Shown: positions 1 to 19,390, numbered from the stretch's first letter. The stretch is DNA of 64,000 nt from the human T2T-CHM13v2.0 reference genome, Homo sapiens (GCF_009914755.1 NC_060926.1), one strand, 5' to 3'. Numbers and translations are program-made. Notes: generated by a model not told the origin, from the sequence alone.

Positions 1-315
1 AAAACTGAAAAAAAAATTATATAAGCAGCTTTTTAAGGCAAGCTGTTGCTCACAGAGGAGTAGAGGGCCCTTTTCTGCAGGTTGGGGGTAACAGGGCATG
101 TGCTGCAGAGACCACAGATTCTCCCTTATGACTCACTTCATGAAACATCTGTAACTAACTTAAGTCCATATTGGGGCTTGTGATTTGAGGGATCCTCTAC
201 TTGAAAGAAACTGCCTGTTTTTTTGATGCTTGTAATTCTTTTAAGTAGTGAAAAAAATCTTTTGTTCTAAAATTAGAGATGTGAAGCTTAACATGTGAAG
301 ACTTGACTCTGAATA

Positions 316-656
316 CTCATGCCCCTCAGTTTATGATGGGGATACACGCCTATAAACCCATCTAAGTTGAGAATATAAGTTGAAAATGCATTTACTACAC
401 CTAACCTACCAATCATCATAGCTTAGCCTCACCTACTTTAAATGTGCTCAAAACACTTCACATTAGCCTACAGTTGGGCAGAATCATCTGACAATATCAT
501 GCACTGTAAAGGTTGTCTACCCTTGGGAGCTGCAGCTTGATATCACTGCCCAGCATTGTAAGTGTCCTACTGAGTTCTACTGAATGAGTATCGCTTTCAC
601 ACTGTTGTAAAGTGGAAAAATTGTAAATTGAACCATCATAAACCAGGGACCATCTG
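316..656. mobile_element. Tigger-family MITE (MER47A-like)
   Basis: ATGCATTTACTACACCTAACCTACC...CATTAGCCTACAGTTGGGCA core. Ends GGGACCATCTG-TA. Confidence 0.7.
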
Positions 657-1112
657 TACTCTAGCATGCTAAGTGTAATGAAGTATAAATTACAGATATA
701 AAAATCCTTTGGTGTTTTTTTGGCAAATGTACTTGAAGACCTAAAGCCTTGTGCCATTTGTAGGAAAGGTAGGAGCAGACCAGTTCAAAGCTTACCAAAA
801 TGGTTCACTGTGGAGAAAAAGAGAAACTTCTATTAATACTATTTTGCACACTTATCTACAGTAGGTTGTATTTATCTTTAATAAATGCTTATTGGAATAA
901 CAAACAGATACAAGCCATAAATGCAGGCATTTTTATATTCCAAAGCTGCTGCAAGCACGGGCTTTGATTTTTATTAGTTTGTTTTGTGGGGGAGAGTTTT
1001 TAATGTGGCTTATCTATATAAAGAAGTATCTTCACTAGGATACATAAACTTAAAAAAAACTTATTTATTGAGTACTAACAATGAACCACGTGCGAAAGAT
1101 ACTATAAGCTGC

Positions 1113-1425
1113 TTTTTTTTTTTTTATTTTTATTTTGAGACGGAGTCTCACTCTGTCACCCAGGCTGGAGTGCAGTGGCGTGATCTTGGCTCACTGTGAG
1201 CTCTGTCTCCTGGTTCACACCATTCTCCTGCCTCAGCCTCCCGAGTAGCTGGGACTACAGATGCCCGCCACCACGCCCGGCTAATTTTTTTTTTTTTTGT
1301 ATTTTTAGTAGAGACGGGGTTTCGCTGTGTTAGCCAGGACAGTCTCGATCTCCTGACCTTGTGATCCGCCCGCCTCGGCCTCCCCAAAGTGCTGGGATTG
1401 CAGGCGTGAGCCACTGCACCCGGCC
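1113..1425 (-). mobile_element. Alu (young, AluY-like)
   Basis: Poly-T followed by a full dimer ending CCCGGCC. CpG-rich. Confidence 0.93.
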
Positions 1426-1449
1426 AAGCTTACTTCTTTTATGGACCCC

Positions 1450-2600
1450 TCTAGAAGAATGAGAAAAGTAGAGAGAGAAAAAACCAGTTGTTAAAACAGT
1501 GGTGGGAAAACACCATGAGAATAAGAAGAAAAAGATTTTTGCAAGTGGGTGACTTAGGGAAGGCTTTGCTGAGGAATTAGCATTTGGACAGAGTTCTAAA
1601 AGAACAAAGGCGGTGCATGTGGTAAGGAGGGCATGCCATGCAAAATAAATAACATGGAAAAGCATGAAAATATGAAGAGCCAGGATGTGGATCCCTTTGG
1701 CTGCAGAATAAGTTCTGTATGGGGAAATGATGGAAAACGTGACAGAGAAGGTAAGTAGTAAGTAGGTTGTGAATACCTTGTATGCCATACTCAGTCATTT
1801 GGATTTTACAGCAGTGGGTAATTAAAGAATTTTCAGTGGCCCACTTGAAGGCTTAAGAGTTAAAGCAGTGATGGAGAGAGTGGAGACGAGAATCAATTCT
1901 TAAGGCATTTAGAAGGTATAGATAGAACTTGAGTGATTGATGGAAAATAAAGAGGACTTGAAGATAACAGGATCCTAGCTTGGGTGACTGAAAAGATGAT
2001 GTCACCATTCAATATGATAAGGAATACAGAATGAGCAGGTGGAAAAGATAATTCATTTATTTTCACAAGTGTTAAATTTGAGAAAATCTATTGGATATCC
2101 TGGTACAGACACTCATTGGGAAGTTACAAACAGGGTTGCAGAGCCTAGAAGACAAGTCAGGTCTAAACACAGATTTGAGAGTCCTCCTCATTGAGGCAGA
2201 AAGACAAGTGAGTAAGATTGTCTGGGAGAGCACACTGGGTGAGTAGGAGAGAGAACAAAGTAGAGAACTGCAACACGTGAGTGAACAATTAGACATATAA
2301 AAAAGGGTTGTTACAAAACCAAACCAAATGCTCCTACCTCCATACCCCAATAAAAATCAGCGAGGTAGAAAACTAGGAGAAATGCATCTTGGAAGGCACA
2401 GGAAGAGACGAGTTGGAAAGGAAGGAATCGCAAGTCAGATGCACAATGGGGAGTAGAGGTGAGCTTAGCAAAGGGTCTTTAGGAATTTGTAGTCCAGTTT
2501 GAGGACTTTGGGGACACAGAATCAGTTGAGTAATGGTGTGCAAGCCAGGTTACAATGCCTAGATGAGAAAGACTTTCTGATGAAGGGAGAGAGAAAGAGA
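1450..2600 (-). mobile_element. L2 relic (degraded)
   Basis: Purine-rich degenerate L2-like motifs such as AGGGAAGGCTT...GAGGA. Boundaries approximate. Confidence 0.5.
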
Positions 2601-4279
2601 GGACACAGTAATCTATAGGAGGTTGTGGGATCCAGGAAGGCCACTTTTTTCTTTTTGAAATACCTACAGTTAAGGGTAAATGAGCTTGGAGAAGGAGAGA
2701 GAGATTAATAATTAATTTGTTATCAAGAGGTTAATTTAATTCTAGTTTTGGAAAGAAATGCTGAAAATATATCTTGTCAAGTATACAGTTAAAACCACTT
2801 TTTAAATAATTGATACAATGGTGCTAAAATCAGTATATTGGTAACTTTTGAGCTATTGTGGTCTATAGGTTTTTCCTCTAATCTTTTTCAAATTGTAAAA
2901 ATCACATCCAGTAACAGTTGCTTAAAAGAGAAATAAATAGGTGATCTCAGCTTCCCATCTACTCAGAAATGTCACTTTCTCATAATCCCATTTTTTTAGT
3001 GCATTGGGAATTTTTACCTGAATGAATTTTGTAAGTATCTCGCTTAGCTTAATTTGCCTAAAATGTGACCTTTCAGAAAATATGAGAGGGAGGTTGGTAC
3101 CTCAGAACATCTCTTGTAGATCCTTTATTATTGACTTAACGGATGATGACACTGAAAAGATTGCCTGGGGTTTATGCTGAAAATCTGGAATGTTTTACAG
3201 TAGGAAGGTTGGGTAGGATACTTGTCCATTGGTTGTTCTAGCCCTTTTCCAAGAAATGTCAATTGGATATCACAGATAGAATCTTCAGGAGTTTATGAGA
3301 GGTAGTCTGCTATGTTGGGTGTTTGATTACTGCTTTACATCTTTAGGACTTTCTAAGCTGTTCAGGTATTTTAATGAACCAAGGGAGAGCACTGTGAATA
3401 AAGGATTATGCATAATAAGAAGGTGGTGAGGGGGTAGATTCACAGAGTTTGGGATCTTTTGGATTTGCTTAAACAGTTTGGGGATTACCTTGCTTTACAT
3501 TGAATAGGACTGATGTTACTGATGCTCAAGGGAAAGTCAAGTAATTAGGAAAGAAGAAAGCAGGCATCAAACTCAGACAAACAAATGAATATACTATGGA
3601 GAAGGAATAGTTGTGGTTGGTGGTTGAAATGGGGAAGGGAGCAGGGAGAAGCGCATGGAATTTCTGGAGGAAATTGGTACTTAATTCCTACTTCAGGGTT
3701 TTCGAAACTTACAGGACATTGACTCTTGGATGATACTATTAAACCTAAGCATCTTTTATTTTTTTAGAATAGAAACTTTCAGCTTACATTTTCTTCAGTG
3801 TAGGAAAGGAGTCCAGGGGACCAGGGGATAGTATAAATCACATGCTTTGTGATAGGAGCAGTATTTTGAAATTACAGGAGCTCTTCAGCTCCCTGGTGTT
3901 TTGTTTGTTTTTTTTAGAATTACCAATTTATAAGTTGTTTAAAAGTGGGAATAGTTATACCTTAATTTTGGAATTAATCTTCATCGAAGGAAGGAAAACA
4001 TCAATAAACTGATAGTTTCATTTCTTTCTTTGTTTTTTAATGACATCTAATCTTACTGCTTTCTATACTCCTTTTAGAGCATTTCCTTTTCTGGGCAGGC
4101 CAAGGCCTGGCCCAGTAGACTTGAGGCAGGATAGGTGGTTGAATGAGGTGGCATGCTGTGTAGAACTTCACTCACATGGGCAGTGGAGAATTTGCCCTGG
4201 CCTTGATCTTGGCGCCCCTCCCCCTTGGTGTTGCTTCTTGACACCGCTGTCAACAACTAGAGCCCTGGAAAAGAGCACT

Positions 4280-4960
4280 TTATTCCTTCAGCTGTTATCT
4301 GCCAGGTGCTTATTATGTGCCAGGTAGTATTTTTGGTGCTTAGAATTCATTCAGCAGTAAACAAGAGAAGAGCCCTACTTGTAAGGAGGAGGGTTAGATA
4401 ATAAACAAGTAAACTAAAAAATTGATAATTTTAGATAATGATGGAGCCTATAAAAAATATAAAATAAGGGAAGTGACAGAAAATGACTGGGGTGGTAGAA
4501 TAGGGGTGGAGGGGCTACTTCATATAGAGTGTCAGGGAAGGCCTCTCTGCGGAGATAGTATTTCAGCAAAGACTAAAATGATTTTTAAAAAAAGGGCAAG
4601 GGTGGAGCTGACTCTTGAGGTTTAGGGAAAGACAGAGGAGGCAGAGGTAGTGTTAAGCCCAGGCCCCAAAGTTAGGATGAGCTTGGTGTATGAGCGAAGC
4701 AGGAGCCCAGCCTATTGGGGTTGTGAGTGAGGAGAACAAGTGGCTGGTGATGCGATCGAGGAGGCAAGCAGGGCTGCATCGTAGGACCCTAGGGTATGGT
4801 GAGCAGTTCATTCTCGGACCACTTCCAGTCAGACAGTGGAAAGAGAAGCTGGGAAACCAGTTAGAAGGTGACTGGTAGGCCAGGGATGAGGTGATAGGGC
4901 TTGGGCAAGAATGGTAGCAGTGGGGAGAGAGAAAGGTGGATGGACTTGTGCTGAAAAGTG
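4280..4960 (-). mobile_element. L2 relic
   Basis: TGTGCCAGG... and GTCAGGGAAGGCCTCTCTG L2 3' motifs. Confidence 0.6.
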
Positions 4961-5473
4961 CAAACTCAGCACTCAGGGACAACTCAGTATTCTCATCTCT
5001 TTTGCAGACCTCTCTCTGGGACTCACTGAGCATGGGCAGCTTCCCTGTAGCCACCTGTTTCATCCACCACATGGCATTCTCTGAGATTAAGTGAGGGAGA
5101 AAGCACAGCATGATTAAGAGAGATAAAAGGATTATAACAAGAAAGTTATAATCCCAGATTATCAGGTCTTAGAATCAGGTATTTTAGGGAATCTTGTATA
5201 TTCCCCAAGTAGTAAAAACAACAGCTTTGATTTATAAGGTGAGGCTCCTTTCCAGGAGGTCCAGAGCAGAAGATACTGTTGCTAGGCTTGGATCTATTTT
5301 TACAATTGGTTTTAGGTATTGACCAATATCCTGCCAACAAAGGTGGTTCTAGGTGAATCCTCTTGATTGTTTTTTACATGTGGTATGAATCACTTAGCCC
5401 TCCCACACTAAAGATGGAGGATCCCTGATCAGAAAATATAAAGAAGCCATATATGTCTCCATCTGTGTTTTAA

Positions 5474-5689
<216 letters not shown>

Positions 5690-7801
5690 TAAGTACTTGG
5701 TATAGTTGCATTTAACATTGGGGTACATAAGAGTTGTGGTCATTTTAGAGTGGCTCTGGAAGTGTCACATAGGGGTCTATGGAATTTAAAAGGTGAGAGG
5801 AAGAAGCCTTTTGCTATTTGGCCCTTATATTGAAATATTGATTTCTTATATCTGTCTGCTGTGATCATATTTTATCCTTGCTGTTCACTTTGGATTTAGA
5901 GCTACCTTCTGGGCTGATGACTTTTTGATCAGCATCAGATTCTTGGTGAATTATATATAATGTATAATTCAGATAAGTTTCTGAATATCTAAGGCTAAAT
6001 GTCACCCTTTTTAAAGTAAAGTACTGAGAATGAGTGTGTTGAAGATCATAGGTTTTTTGGGTTGGGAGGAGATTAGATGTTGGGGATGTCAATGAGATTT
6101 TTGGAGGAAAAGTGGGAACAAGAGTGAAAAACTATCAATTCTTCAGCCGTTCTATTAGTGTATCAGTGATGTATTTGGTTGTGCTATTGGGGAGGTGTTT
6201 GTAGTTTTAAGTATTGCAAAATGCTTTTCATATACACTTAAATCAAGCTTACAACTGGCTATTAAGTTTTTTCCCTCTTCTGTTCACAATCTGTGTCAGC
6301 TTCCATTCAAAACAAAACAAAAATAAAACAAGAAGAAATTGTTGTTGCTTATCCAGAATTATTTGAGTATGTAAAATTGATTTTTACCAGGTTTAGGTCA
6401 ACCAGTTATTGGTGACTTTTTTTTCTCAAGCTGGAATAATCTATACATTTCTTTTGGCTGTATTTTGAAATCTGATTTTAAACCATGAATCTTTTCCCCT
6501 TTTTTATTTGATTTTTCTCTCCACAACTATCTTTATTGACAAAGCTTCTTATTTATAAATACCCCAGTGGAGAAGTATTGAGTAATTTCCGGAAGTCTTC
6601 ACAGGTTTCTATAAATCATTGATTTAGAGAATTACTGTCTAAATTGAATAGAAAGTTGTGCACATTCTGTGACTTTCTAAAGGTTAACATCCAAGCTTTG
6701 TCAGAATTGAAAAAAAAAATCATGTACTTGGTTCCGCCGCACCAACTGCCCGCCCCCCATAAGACCATCTCTCAAGGAAATTGATAGATTGTTTCTTGAT
6801 AGATTTTATGATGTGCATTTCTTACACATCCTGGAGAGGTTTTCATTTCTGTTTAGTCTATCGTTCTACACAAGAAGACTGTCCCTAAAAATTCACTTTC
6901 CCCCTGCTATCCTTATCTACCTTCTGGATTTGTATTTTAAAACAGTTCAATAAAAGTCTGCAGCCTTTTCTTTCTATGACACCTTGCTGAAGTCTCACTG
7001 CAATCACAGGGCTATTCTCTCTCTGTGTGTTAAATCTCCAGTCCGTGATCTTGATTACCTTCTGGTGTTGTGGGAAAGAAATGGGCCATTTTCTGCTCTT
7101 CCCTTTGATTAAAATGTAAATTAGCTAGTTAAAAAAGCACACCACCCAGACCCAGAAGGATGCAGTTCTGTCGTTTGATCCCTGCTATGATCACACCTTT
7201 GGCTCTGGTCCTGCTGGGCACTCTTCTGGAAGCTTGGGTGTGCTGAGCTTCTTGTTCTTTGCTCCCATAATGGCTCGCAGCATAGCTAAGTTAATCTTGC
7301 AGGGGCCTGAGAAGTATCTTACTCACACACGCTTGCTCACGCTCCTATTCTCTCTCTCTTCTGAGAAAGCTTAGTTTTTAAGAATTGTGGAAATGATTCA
7401 TTTAGCAAATATTGAGTACCACCTGTATTCAAGAAGAATGGTTCAGTCCTTTCTACAAGGTTCTAAAACCCCTCAATTTTGATGATAAAGCTCCAGTCAG
7501 TTCTAGAGGTAGTTTTTCCAAGGAAAGAAAAAATTGCCAACAATTCGCAATGTTTTTGTATATATTCATCATCTCTGGATCCAGGGTACATATTTCTAGT
7601 GGAGGGGAGAGGGGCTAAGATCAGGAGTGGACAAATGTCTGTTCAGGAAGTTTAATCATCTTAAGAGCTGGGAATCATTCCAGTTTTTTCACTTGATATG
7701 ATTTTGGTGAAATAATTTTACCTTTATGAGATTTTCTTCACCTAAAGAAAAATCTCAAGAGATACTATAACAATGAACAAAGATATTAAAGCACTTTGAG
7801 C

Positions 7802-8469
<668 letters not shown>

Positions 8470-8904
8470 TATTTGGAGGGAAGGCAATAGTCAAAACCTA
8501 AAGCAATAATAGTATCATTATCTATAAAAACATTGAACCTTTGAGAAGATCTGATATTTGTCTTGGACTTGTTGAATACCTAGTGTTAGAAGTGATTTCA
8601 TTTCAAGAGGATAAGAGCACCATTTGACACTGTAGACCCAAAATATACTAAATATTACCCTCATCATATAAAAGCATTGCTTCCATTTATGTTGCTGTAC
8701 ACCCTTGAAATGAAAATGTCATCTCTTGGACGGGGAACTTGCATGAGAATTCGGACATCTCAGGTCTAATCCTGCTTGTGCAGCTGATGTATACGTGATC
8801 TTGATTTCTGTTTATGCAGGTGGTCTAAAGCTTTCTGCTCTTTTCAGGTCCACGAAGACTCCTTCTCACTTACTCTCAGCAGACATCCTCACTTGGTTAA
8901 TGGT

Positions 8905-9080
8905 TAAGACTTCAGACTCCAGAGTCAGCCAATATGAGTCAGACCCCTTGCTCTGCAGTGTGGCCTTAGGCATAGGTTACATATCCTCTCAAAGCCTCAG
9001 TTTCCTCATGGGTAAAATAGGGATAATAGGAATATCTGTCTTATAGAGTTGTCATGGGGGTTAATGCGAGCAGTGTATGC
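8905..9080 (+). mobile_element. MIR
   Basis: GCCTCAGTTTCCTCATGGGTAAAATAGGGATAATA core. Confidence 0.7.
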
Positions 9081-9221
9081 TGTTCACTCTTGTATCCCTA
9101 GGACCTGGCAAAGTGCCTAGCAAATAGTAAGAACACAGTGTTTGGAGTAAATGATTTTAAAAATCCTAGTAATATGCCTGGCATGTTAGTAGTGACAATG
9201 ACAGTAGAGGCCAATAGGTGG

Positions 9222-9904
<683 letters not shown>

Positions 9905-10049
9905 GGTGAGAACTCCGCAGTTTTGTGGCCCATCTTATCTCAAAACATACCTGTTTTTGCATGTACCTCCCTTCTTTTCCTGTCTCAGTGAAATAGGGTA
10001 TTTATTTCATCCTGCCTAAAGTGAATTCCTTTACCTGTGCCCTGGATCC

Positions 10050-10270
10050 TTTTTTTTCTTGTTTTTTTTTTTTTAATTTTAGTTTTTGAGACAGGGTGTC
10101 TCTTTGTCACCCAGGCTGGAGTGCAGTGGCAGGGTCACAGCTCACTGCAGCCTAGACCTCCTGGGCTCAAGTGATCTCCCAACTTGAGGATCCTCAGTAG
10201 CCTCCTGAGTAACTCACGCCGGCTAAGTTTTTTATATTTTGTCGAGATAGAGTCTTACTTTGTTCCCTAG
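10050..10270 (-). mobile_element. Alu (AluJ-like, partial, rearranged)
   Basis: T-tail, then GAGACAGGG...CTCACTGCAGCC. Confidence 0.85.
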
Positions 10271-10944
10271 GATGGATTCCTTTTTCTGCTTCATCTGGTA
10301 CCTTAGGCCACTAATAATTTCTTCTCTCTTTCTGTATTTTTAGCTTCTCCCTCGCTACCACTAACTCCTTTCTTCTCTCATGTTAAATTTCTTTCATTTA
10401 ACACAAAATAGTCCCCCTAGCTTCTTCCCTCTAATTACTACCTGTTACTAATTACTAATCTAATTATTATCTTTCCTTCCAGAAGCCAGGCTCTTGGAAG
10501 AATAGTCTATTCTGCAACCTTTCTCAGCTCTCATTCTCACCAGCTTTTGCCCCCACCACATCCTTGAAACTCATCTTTCAAAAGACACTAACTGCTAAAT
10601 TCACTTCGGCTTTGTGGTTCTTTGCTTTCTTGACCTCTTTGAAGCACTTGACACTGTCAGTTATTCCTGCTTTCTTGAGACTCATGTATCTGTCTTAACT
10701 TCAGCTTCTCCAAATTTTTCTTTTTCAATCTTTGGCAGCTCCCTCTCAGATTCCTGTGGGGGCTGCTTTTGTGTGTTTTTGTGTTGATATTCTGTAGGAT
10801 TTGTCCTCAGAAACAGCAAACATTTATTGAACCTTATGCTGAAGATAATGGGAAGCCATTAAAGCAAGGGTTTTTAATCAGGGTTCCAAAGATTGATATC
10901 AAGGAATCTGTGAACTACCTGAAATTACATTCAGACTTCAAAAC

Positions 10945-11180
10945 CTAATATGTTAAGTGCTTTACATGATGCTAAGTGCTTTACACACATTATCTGTTTG
11001 GACCCACGTTGCCATCCTATGAAGTAGATTCTTCTGTTGACCCCCAACTTAAAGCTCAGGAGACTCAGGATTAGAGAAGATGAGAAACTTGCCCAAGATT
11101 GTAGTTGGTAAGTGTTGGAGTAAGGATTTAAGTGTAGGCAGTCTGACTCCAGAGCTTGTACTTCAAACTGTAATGCCACT
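10945..11180 (-). mobile_element. MIR
   Basis: AAGTGCTTTACACACATTATCT...CAGTCTGACTCCAGAGC. Confidence 0.7.
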
Positions 11181-12345
11181 TTGCCTTAGCAATGCATGTC
11201 CCAAGACCTCTTTTTTATTTCAGAGCCTCAAAAACTACTAAATACCTATCTTCAGCTCGGATTTCTATCCCATCAACTAAATAGCTTAGGTGCCTGTAGG
11301 CCCCTCCAGTTCAGTAAGCCAGAAATGGCTTTGTTATCTGCTTTCTTCTTCCTGCTCCTTTCCAACCCCTCTTCATGCTATTATTCTCTATTTCAGTGAA
11401 TGACACCTAATTTCTTGGGAGTCTTCCTTTTCTTTTACATTCTATATGTAATTGGTTTACCAAGTTGTATTATATTTACCTCAAATCTAACGCTTTCACT
11501 TAAGGTTAGTCTGGTGGCTAATGGCATTGATTTTGGGGTCGAATTTGGAGCTAAACTCAAGCATTTCCCCTTAAAAGCAGTTGAAATTGGCAAGTTGCTC
11601 AGTGTCAAGTGGCAATAACAAATGCCTGCCTTCCAGGAGGTTGGTTAGGAGAATGGGTGAGTACAGGATTAGTTCTTTCCCTTTACTGTGTGCTTTAAAC
11701 AAGGGATCAAACTTTCTTCAGGCTTAGTTTGCTCATCTGTAAAAGGATGCTGATAATAGCTAACTCATAGGGTTGTTGCAAAATTTAACTGAGATAATTT
11801 AAATGTGTGTAACATAGTGACTAGCACATGGTAAGCATTAAAAAGAAACGTAAGCTCTTAATAGCATCGCCCACTGCCACTGCTTTTATGTAGGCCTTCT
11901 CATTTTAGCCTGCCTCACTGACATAAGCTCTTCACTAATTTCCCTAATTTGTCTTACCCCTTTCCAATTCATGCTGCTACCTGAGTGAGTTTAAAAAACA
12001 AACCTGATCCCATCACTGTCTTGCTTAAAATTCTTAAAAGTAGTGATTCTTAATCATGTGTGAAAGACAGAGAGTGCAGTGAACTCACTTGATACAAAAT
12101 CTATGAACTGTCTTCCCAGAAAAATGCTTTAACATACTAAGTTTTGAAGTTTGGATATAATTTCTGGTAGTTCACAGATTCCTTGATGTCATCTTTGGAC
12201 CCCCAATTAAAAAACGCTTGCTCTAATGGCCTCCCATTATCCCCAGCATAAGGTCAAACTCTTTTACACAGATAAGAGAATCCAGATAAGCAGAAAGAAA
12301 AGAGGCATCTATTCATAATCCAACTATCTAGAGAAAACCATTTTC

Positions 12346-15067
<2,722 letters not shown>

Positions 15068-16437
15068 TGAGAGTTTAGAGTCTAGCTTAGTGGCTGATAT
15101 ATAGTACATATTCAGTAAATATTAGGCTAAATAAGTGAATTGCAAAATTCATACATGTTTGTGAAAGAAAATAAGAAAGGAGAAAGAACAAATTACCCAT
15201 GGTCTCATCATCCAGATGCACCAACTGCTGACATTTATATGTCTACTGTGATCTTGTGTGTATAAATTTCTACTTTCTAGAGCTTAGCGCCTTCATAGAT
15301 AATTTAGGGAAGAGAGTCATTACCCTTTCCCACTTCACATAGAGATTATGAATTTAGTGTATGCAAAATTCCTAATAATGCTGTTAAATGATTTGGCCTG
15401 GAGAATATTAACCATACTAAATTTTACTGTGTTGTGCATATGACTGGGGCTACTTTTACTTGCCTGGTACGGGAAAATTGTGTATGTGTCTGTTTACCCT
15501 TCTTTCCCTAGAACCTCATTTTGGAGGGTTGAAGAAATTCTTCATGTGATTCAACTTCATATTCCCCCACAACTTAGCTTTTTATGTGTAATCCTTCTTA
15601 ATACTACTATATAAGCTAATCTGTATTTGTGGAAGAGAATAGTTGATATACTGATGGTAGTTTTCATCATAGTGCTTTCCTAAGGAGCAGACTGAAGCTC
15701 AGAGAGGTTTGTAGCTTACTAGACTCTAAACTCTAGATAGATAAAAATTAGTACACAGTGAACGCCATCAAGAAGGTGTAAGATTTCAGGGCTAGTCAGT
15801 GGCAAAATCGAGACTAGAATCCAGGTCTTTTGACTCCAACTCTTCAGTAGTTTAATGTTGTTGGCTTGTCTCTTGGGAAGAACTGGCAAAGGTTAATTGA
15901 AATGACTGGCTCTGACCTTTTTTTTTAAAACAGACTCAACTTCTAATGGAATTTCATTCTACCTTGGATTTCTCCTTTTTTTCTTTCATTTTTCCACGAA
16001 GGCTGTGTGTTTATTTTTTATTCTACTTGCAAGAAAAGAGTTCTGGGTGACTTACCCCTTGTAATGTTTCCTGGTTCCCACCCTTCTGTCTTCTACTTTG
16101 CTCTTGTCTACTTCTCAAAGGGAAAACATTTAGTGGTGAATGGGAAAGATGCCAAATAGTGAAAATTTTAATTCATGGATGTATGGCTGTGATGATTACT
16201 TTAGTTCTTTTACCTACCTCTAAGAGGAAATTCATTATTGAAATTGAGGAAGCCCATATATGTTTTATTTTCTCTTGGCTTCATTTTATTTTTAAAATTT
16301 ATTTTTGCTTCATTTTTAAAATAACTTCATTTTCAAGCCTCATTGTCTGAAGGTTGAGGCTTTGAGCAAAAAAACAACACATTTAGAAATTCTAGTCCTG
16401 AAAATTGCTGAGAAATTTTAACTGTTCTCATAATAAA

Positions 16438-16556
16438 ATAAGTAAATGAAATAATGCATATGATAATTAGCTTAATTTAGCTATTTCACAATAAATGCAT
16501 ATTTTAAAACATTTTGTACATGATAATATATACAATTTTTATGTTAAAATAAATGA
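16438..16556 (+). mobile_element. L1MA 3'-end fragment
   Basis: ATGCATATGATAATTAGCTTAATTTAGC...ATATATACAATTTTTAT. Confidence 0.6.
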
Positions 16557-17426
16557 ATTTTTAAAATTTCTAGATCTTGGTTACTAATTCTCTTATCATT
16601 TAGCCATTTCTGATGGCTGCTTTTGCCCTAGATTGCATTTCTCTCTGGGAGAAAAAAATCTTAATTTCTTTATGTTCAGCAGCTTAAGGGAGATTACAGG
16701 CAGAGTCTTTGGATTTGATTTTCTTCTCTTTTGCAATTAACTTGACCTCCTCTTGACTTTAAGACAGGCTGTTAAAGCCAGCATGTTGCTTGAGGCAAGA
16801 TGTTTGATATACTTTTCCTTAGCACACAGATGCTACTGGACTGTTAGCATATTGCACAAAACAGAATTAGGTTTATAAAAGAACAAATTAAAAAGTTTTC
16901 GGGGAAGTTTTTTTTTTATAGTTTACGACTTCTTTAAGAGGGAAAGCTCTTGCATAGTTAATTAAGGATTGTCTAGTAAGTTTTGACAGTTGTAAACAGA
17001 GGCTTATAAAGCTCTAACATACATGATAGAGAAAACGGGTTGTTAGACACAAAGGTCTTCTGTGTACATGGAAAGCTAATAGCTGTCAATTCTGAGACAG
17101 GAACTAGAAAATAATATCTGAAGAGTAAATGGATTTCTTACTTAAATGTTAAATTTCCATTATCTGTGCTTGCAGTTTCATCTTTTCCAAGGACCTTATG
17201 ATGTGATTGCTTAATTCTGATTCTCATACTGCTGTGAAACAAAGCCAGGGCTGCCTCAAGTTAGGCCCTTAGGAGCCCGGTGGCTAGGAAAGGGAGGCAG
17301 CTTGTTTGTAGAAGGACTACATGTAGCTATTGTTTTTCTTTTCTTTTTCTTCTTCATTATTTTTCTTTTCTTCTTCTTCTTTTTTCTTTTTTTTTTTTGG
17401 TGCTTGGAAAATAAGTTTCACAATAG

Positions 17427-17579
<153 letters not shown>

Positions 17580-18075
17580 TAAGCTTTTCAAGTGCGCTTC
17601 CCCCTTTGCAGGAAGGTTGGGGCTTGAGGGAGAGTGCATCAATTTTTGTTAGTCCGTTCTTACCACTTTCAAGTTAAGATCATGATCACTTTCTCTGGTC
17701 CTTGCTCTATAGAAGCCAAAAAGACCCATTCCATACTTCTTTAAGTAATTATTATCATGAATTGCCTACAGAATTATCTATATGATATAAGGTATATAGA
17801 GCTCTTTATAGAACGTGGAACATCTCAGTGTTGAGATTTTGCTGTTGGCATTATTTTGCAGCTTTTCAACTAGTCAAAATGATAGGATAAGTGGGGGTTA
17901 GTGATACGAGCCTTAATCTTCAAGTACACACAATTTAAGTTAGTATAACTTTCCTATTTTCTAACATGCAACTTTAGAACAGGATTCACAAGTTTAGGAT
18001 TTCCCCAAGAATGTATCCTTTGATACATGAGATTTTTATTGAATGAGAAATTTTTTGGAACTTGAAAATACTACC

Positions 18076-18105
18076 TTAATTAATTAATTAATTAATTAAT
18101 TAATT
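18076..18105. repeat. (TTAA)7 self-complementary microsatellite
   Basis: Read directly. Confidence 0.95.
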
Positions 18106-18134
18106 TTTATATCTTGGTCAGCCAGGAGGAAGAA

Positions 18135-18406
18135 TATTTTATTTAATTTTAGAGATAGGTTGTCACTGTCACCCACGCCGGAGTACAGTAGTGTGATTTT
18201 AGCTCACTGCAGCCTTGAAATCCTGAGCTCAAGTGGTCCTCCTGCCTCAGCCTCCTGTGTAGCTAGGACTAAGGGTACATGCCACCATACCCGGCTATTT
18301 TTCATAGAGGTGGGGTCTCAGTATGTTACTCCTGGGCTCAAGCAATCCTCCCGCTTCAGCCTCCCGAAGCACTGGGATTATAGTCATGAGTCACTGCACC
18401 CAGCCA
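18135..18406 (-). mobile_element. AluJ
   Basis: Diverged dimer ending CCCAGCC. Confidence 0.88.
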
Positions 18407-19390
18407 AATAGTGCCTTGTTCTAAGCAGCATTAGTGTGAATCAACAAATCTTAAAAATTGGCCGATAACTTTTTAACACAATGTACTAGGAAGGATAGTC
18501 AGGGAATAAAGGGCATGCCTTTATTCTCACCTCAAACAGAAACTCAGAAAAATTGAATGTGTGAAAAATGATTTAGATTTCATTTAGATGTTTTATATAT
18601 AATAGTAAAGGAAAAAGTCATGATCTTGTTCTGAGAGCTTTTCTGCTTCCTATATCCAAGCAAACTGGAAGCTTTAGTATATTTTGGAACCCCATTGTTT
18701 TCTTTCTTATGAGCTGAGTGGTTCTTAGGCCCTGTGAGGGTTGGGGCCAGCAGATTAAAAACATAGGTATAATCAGAAAGTTCCATATAATATGGCAGTT
18801 TCGTCTTTCAAACTTCCTCACCCAGCACTGCAGTACATCTTTGTACATAATCTGCTTTTACTTTCTGAGGACATGTTCAACCTGGGTATGCTTTGTATAT
18901 TCTACCAAAACTTCAGTGCCAAAGGGTCAGCAGCAGTCCCACTAATGGGCACTTCGGTGAATCAGGCATTAAGCTGTATTTCTCATGTTATCTTAGTGGG
19001 GCAAATCTATTCGAAACCGACCCCACACTGCAGAATCCTCGGCTTTCTAATTGGTTGGGTGACAGGATATACAGGCAGTCTGTGCTACACAAAGCCTTCC
19101 AGCTGGGCTGGCTGGTGGCTTGAGTTGTAATACTTTTTTGACCCTTCTGGAAAGAAATCAGCTTTCATAAAGCAAGGTGAGTGAAAGCACAGAGGGCAGC
19201 TCTTGGACCACTGAAATCTGCCGGCCTTTCACAGAGCCCTAGAAATGAAAATGAATAGAAAAGCCCTTCTCTTTGTCTTTGGTTTTATTTTATAAGAGCA
19301 CACTTATTACATTAAGCCATCTTGTATTGCCTGGGGTGCTGCTAAAAAGAGAAATAACCTGTAGGTTTATCATCTGTTGGTATATTTTAG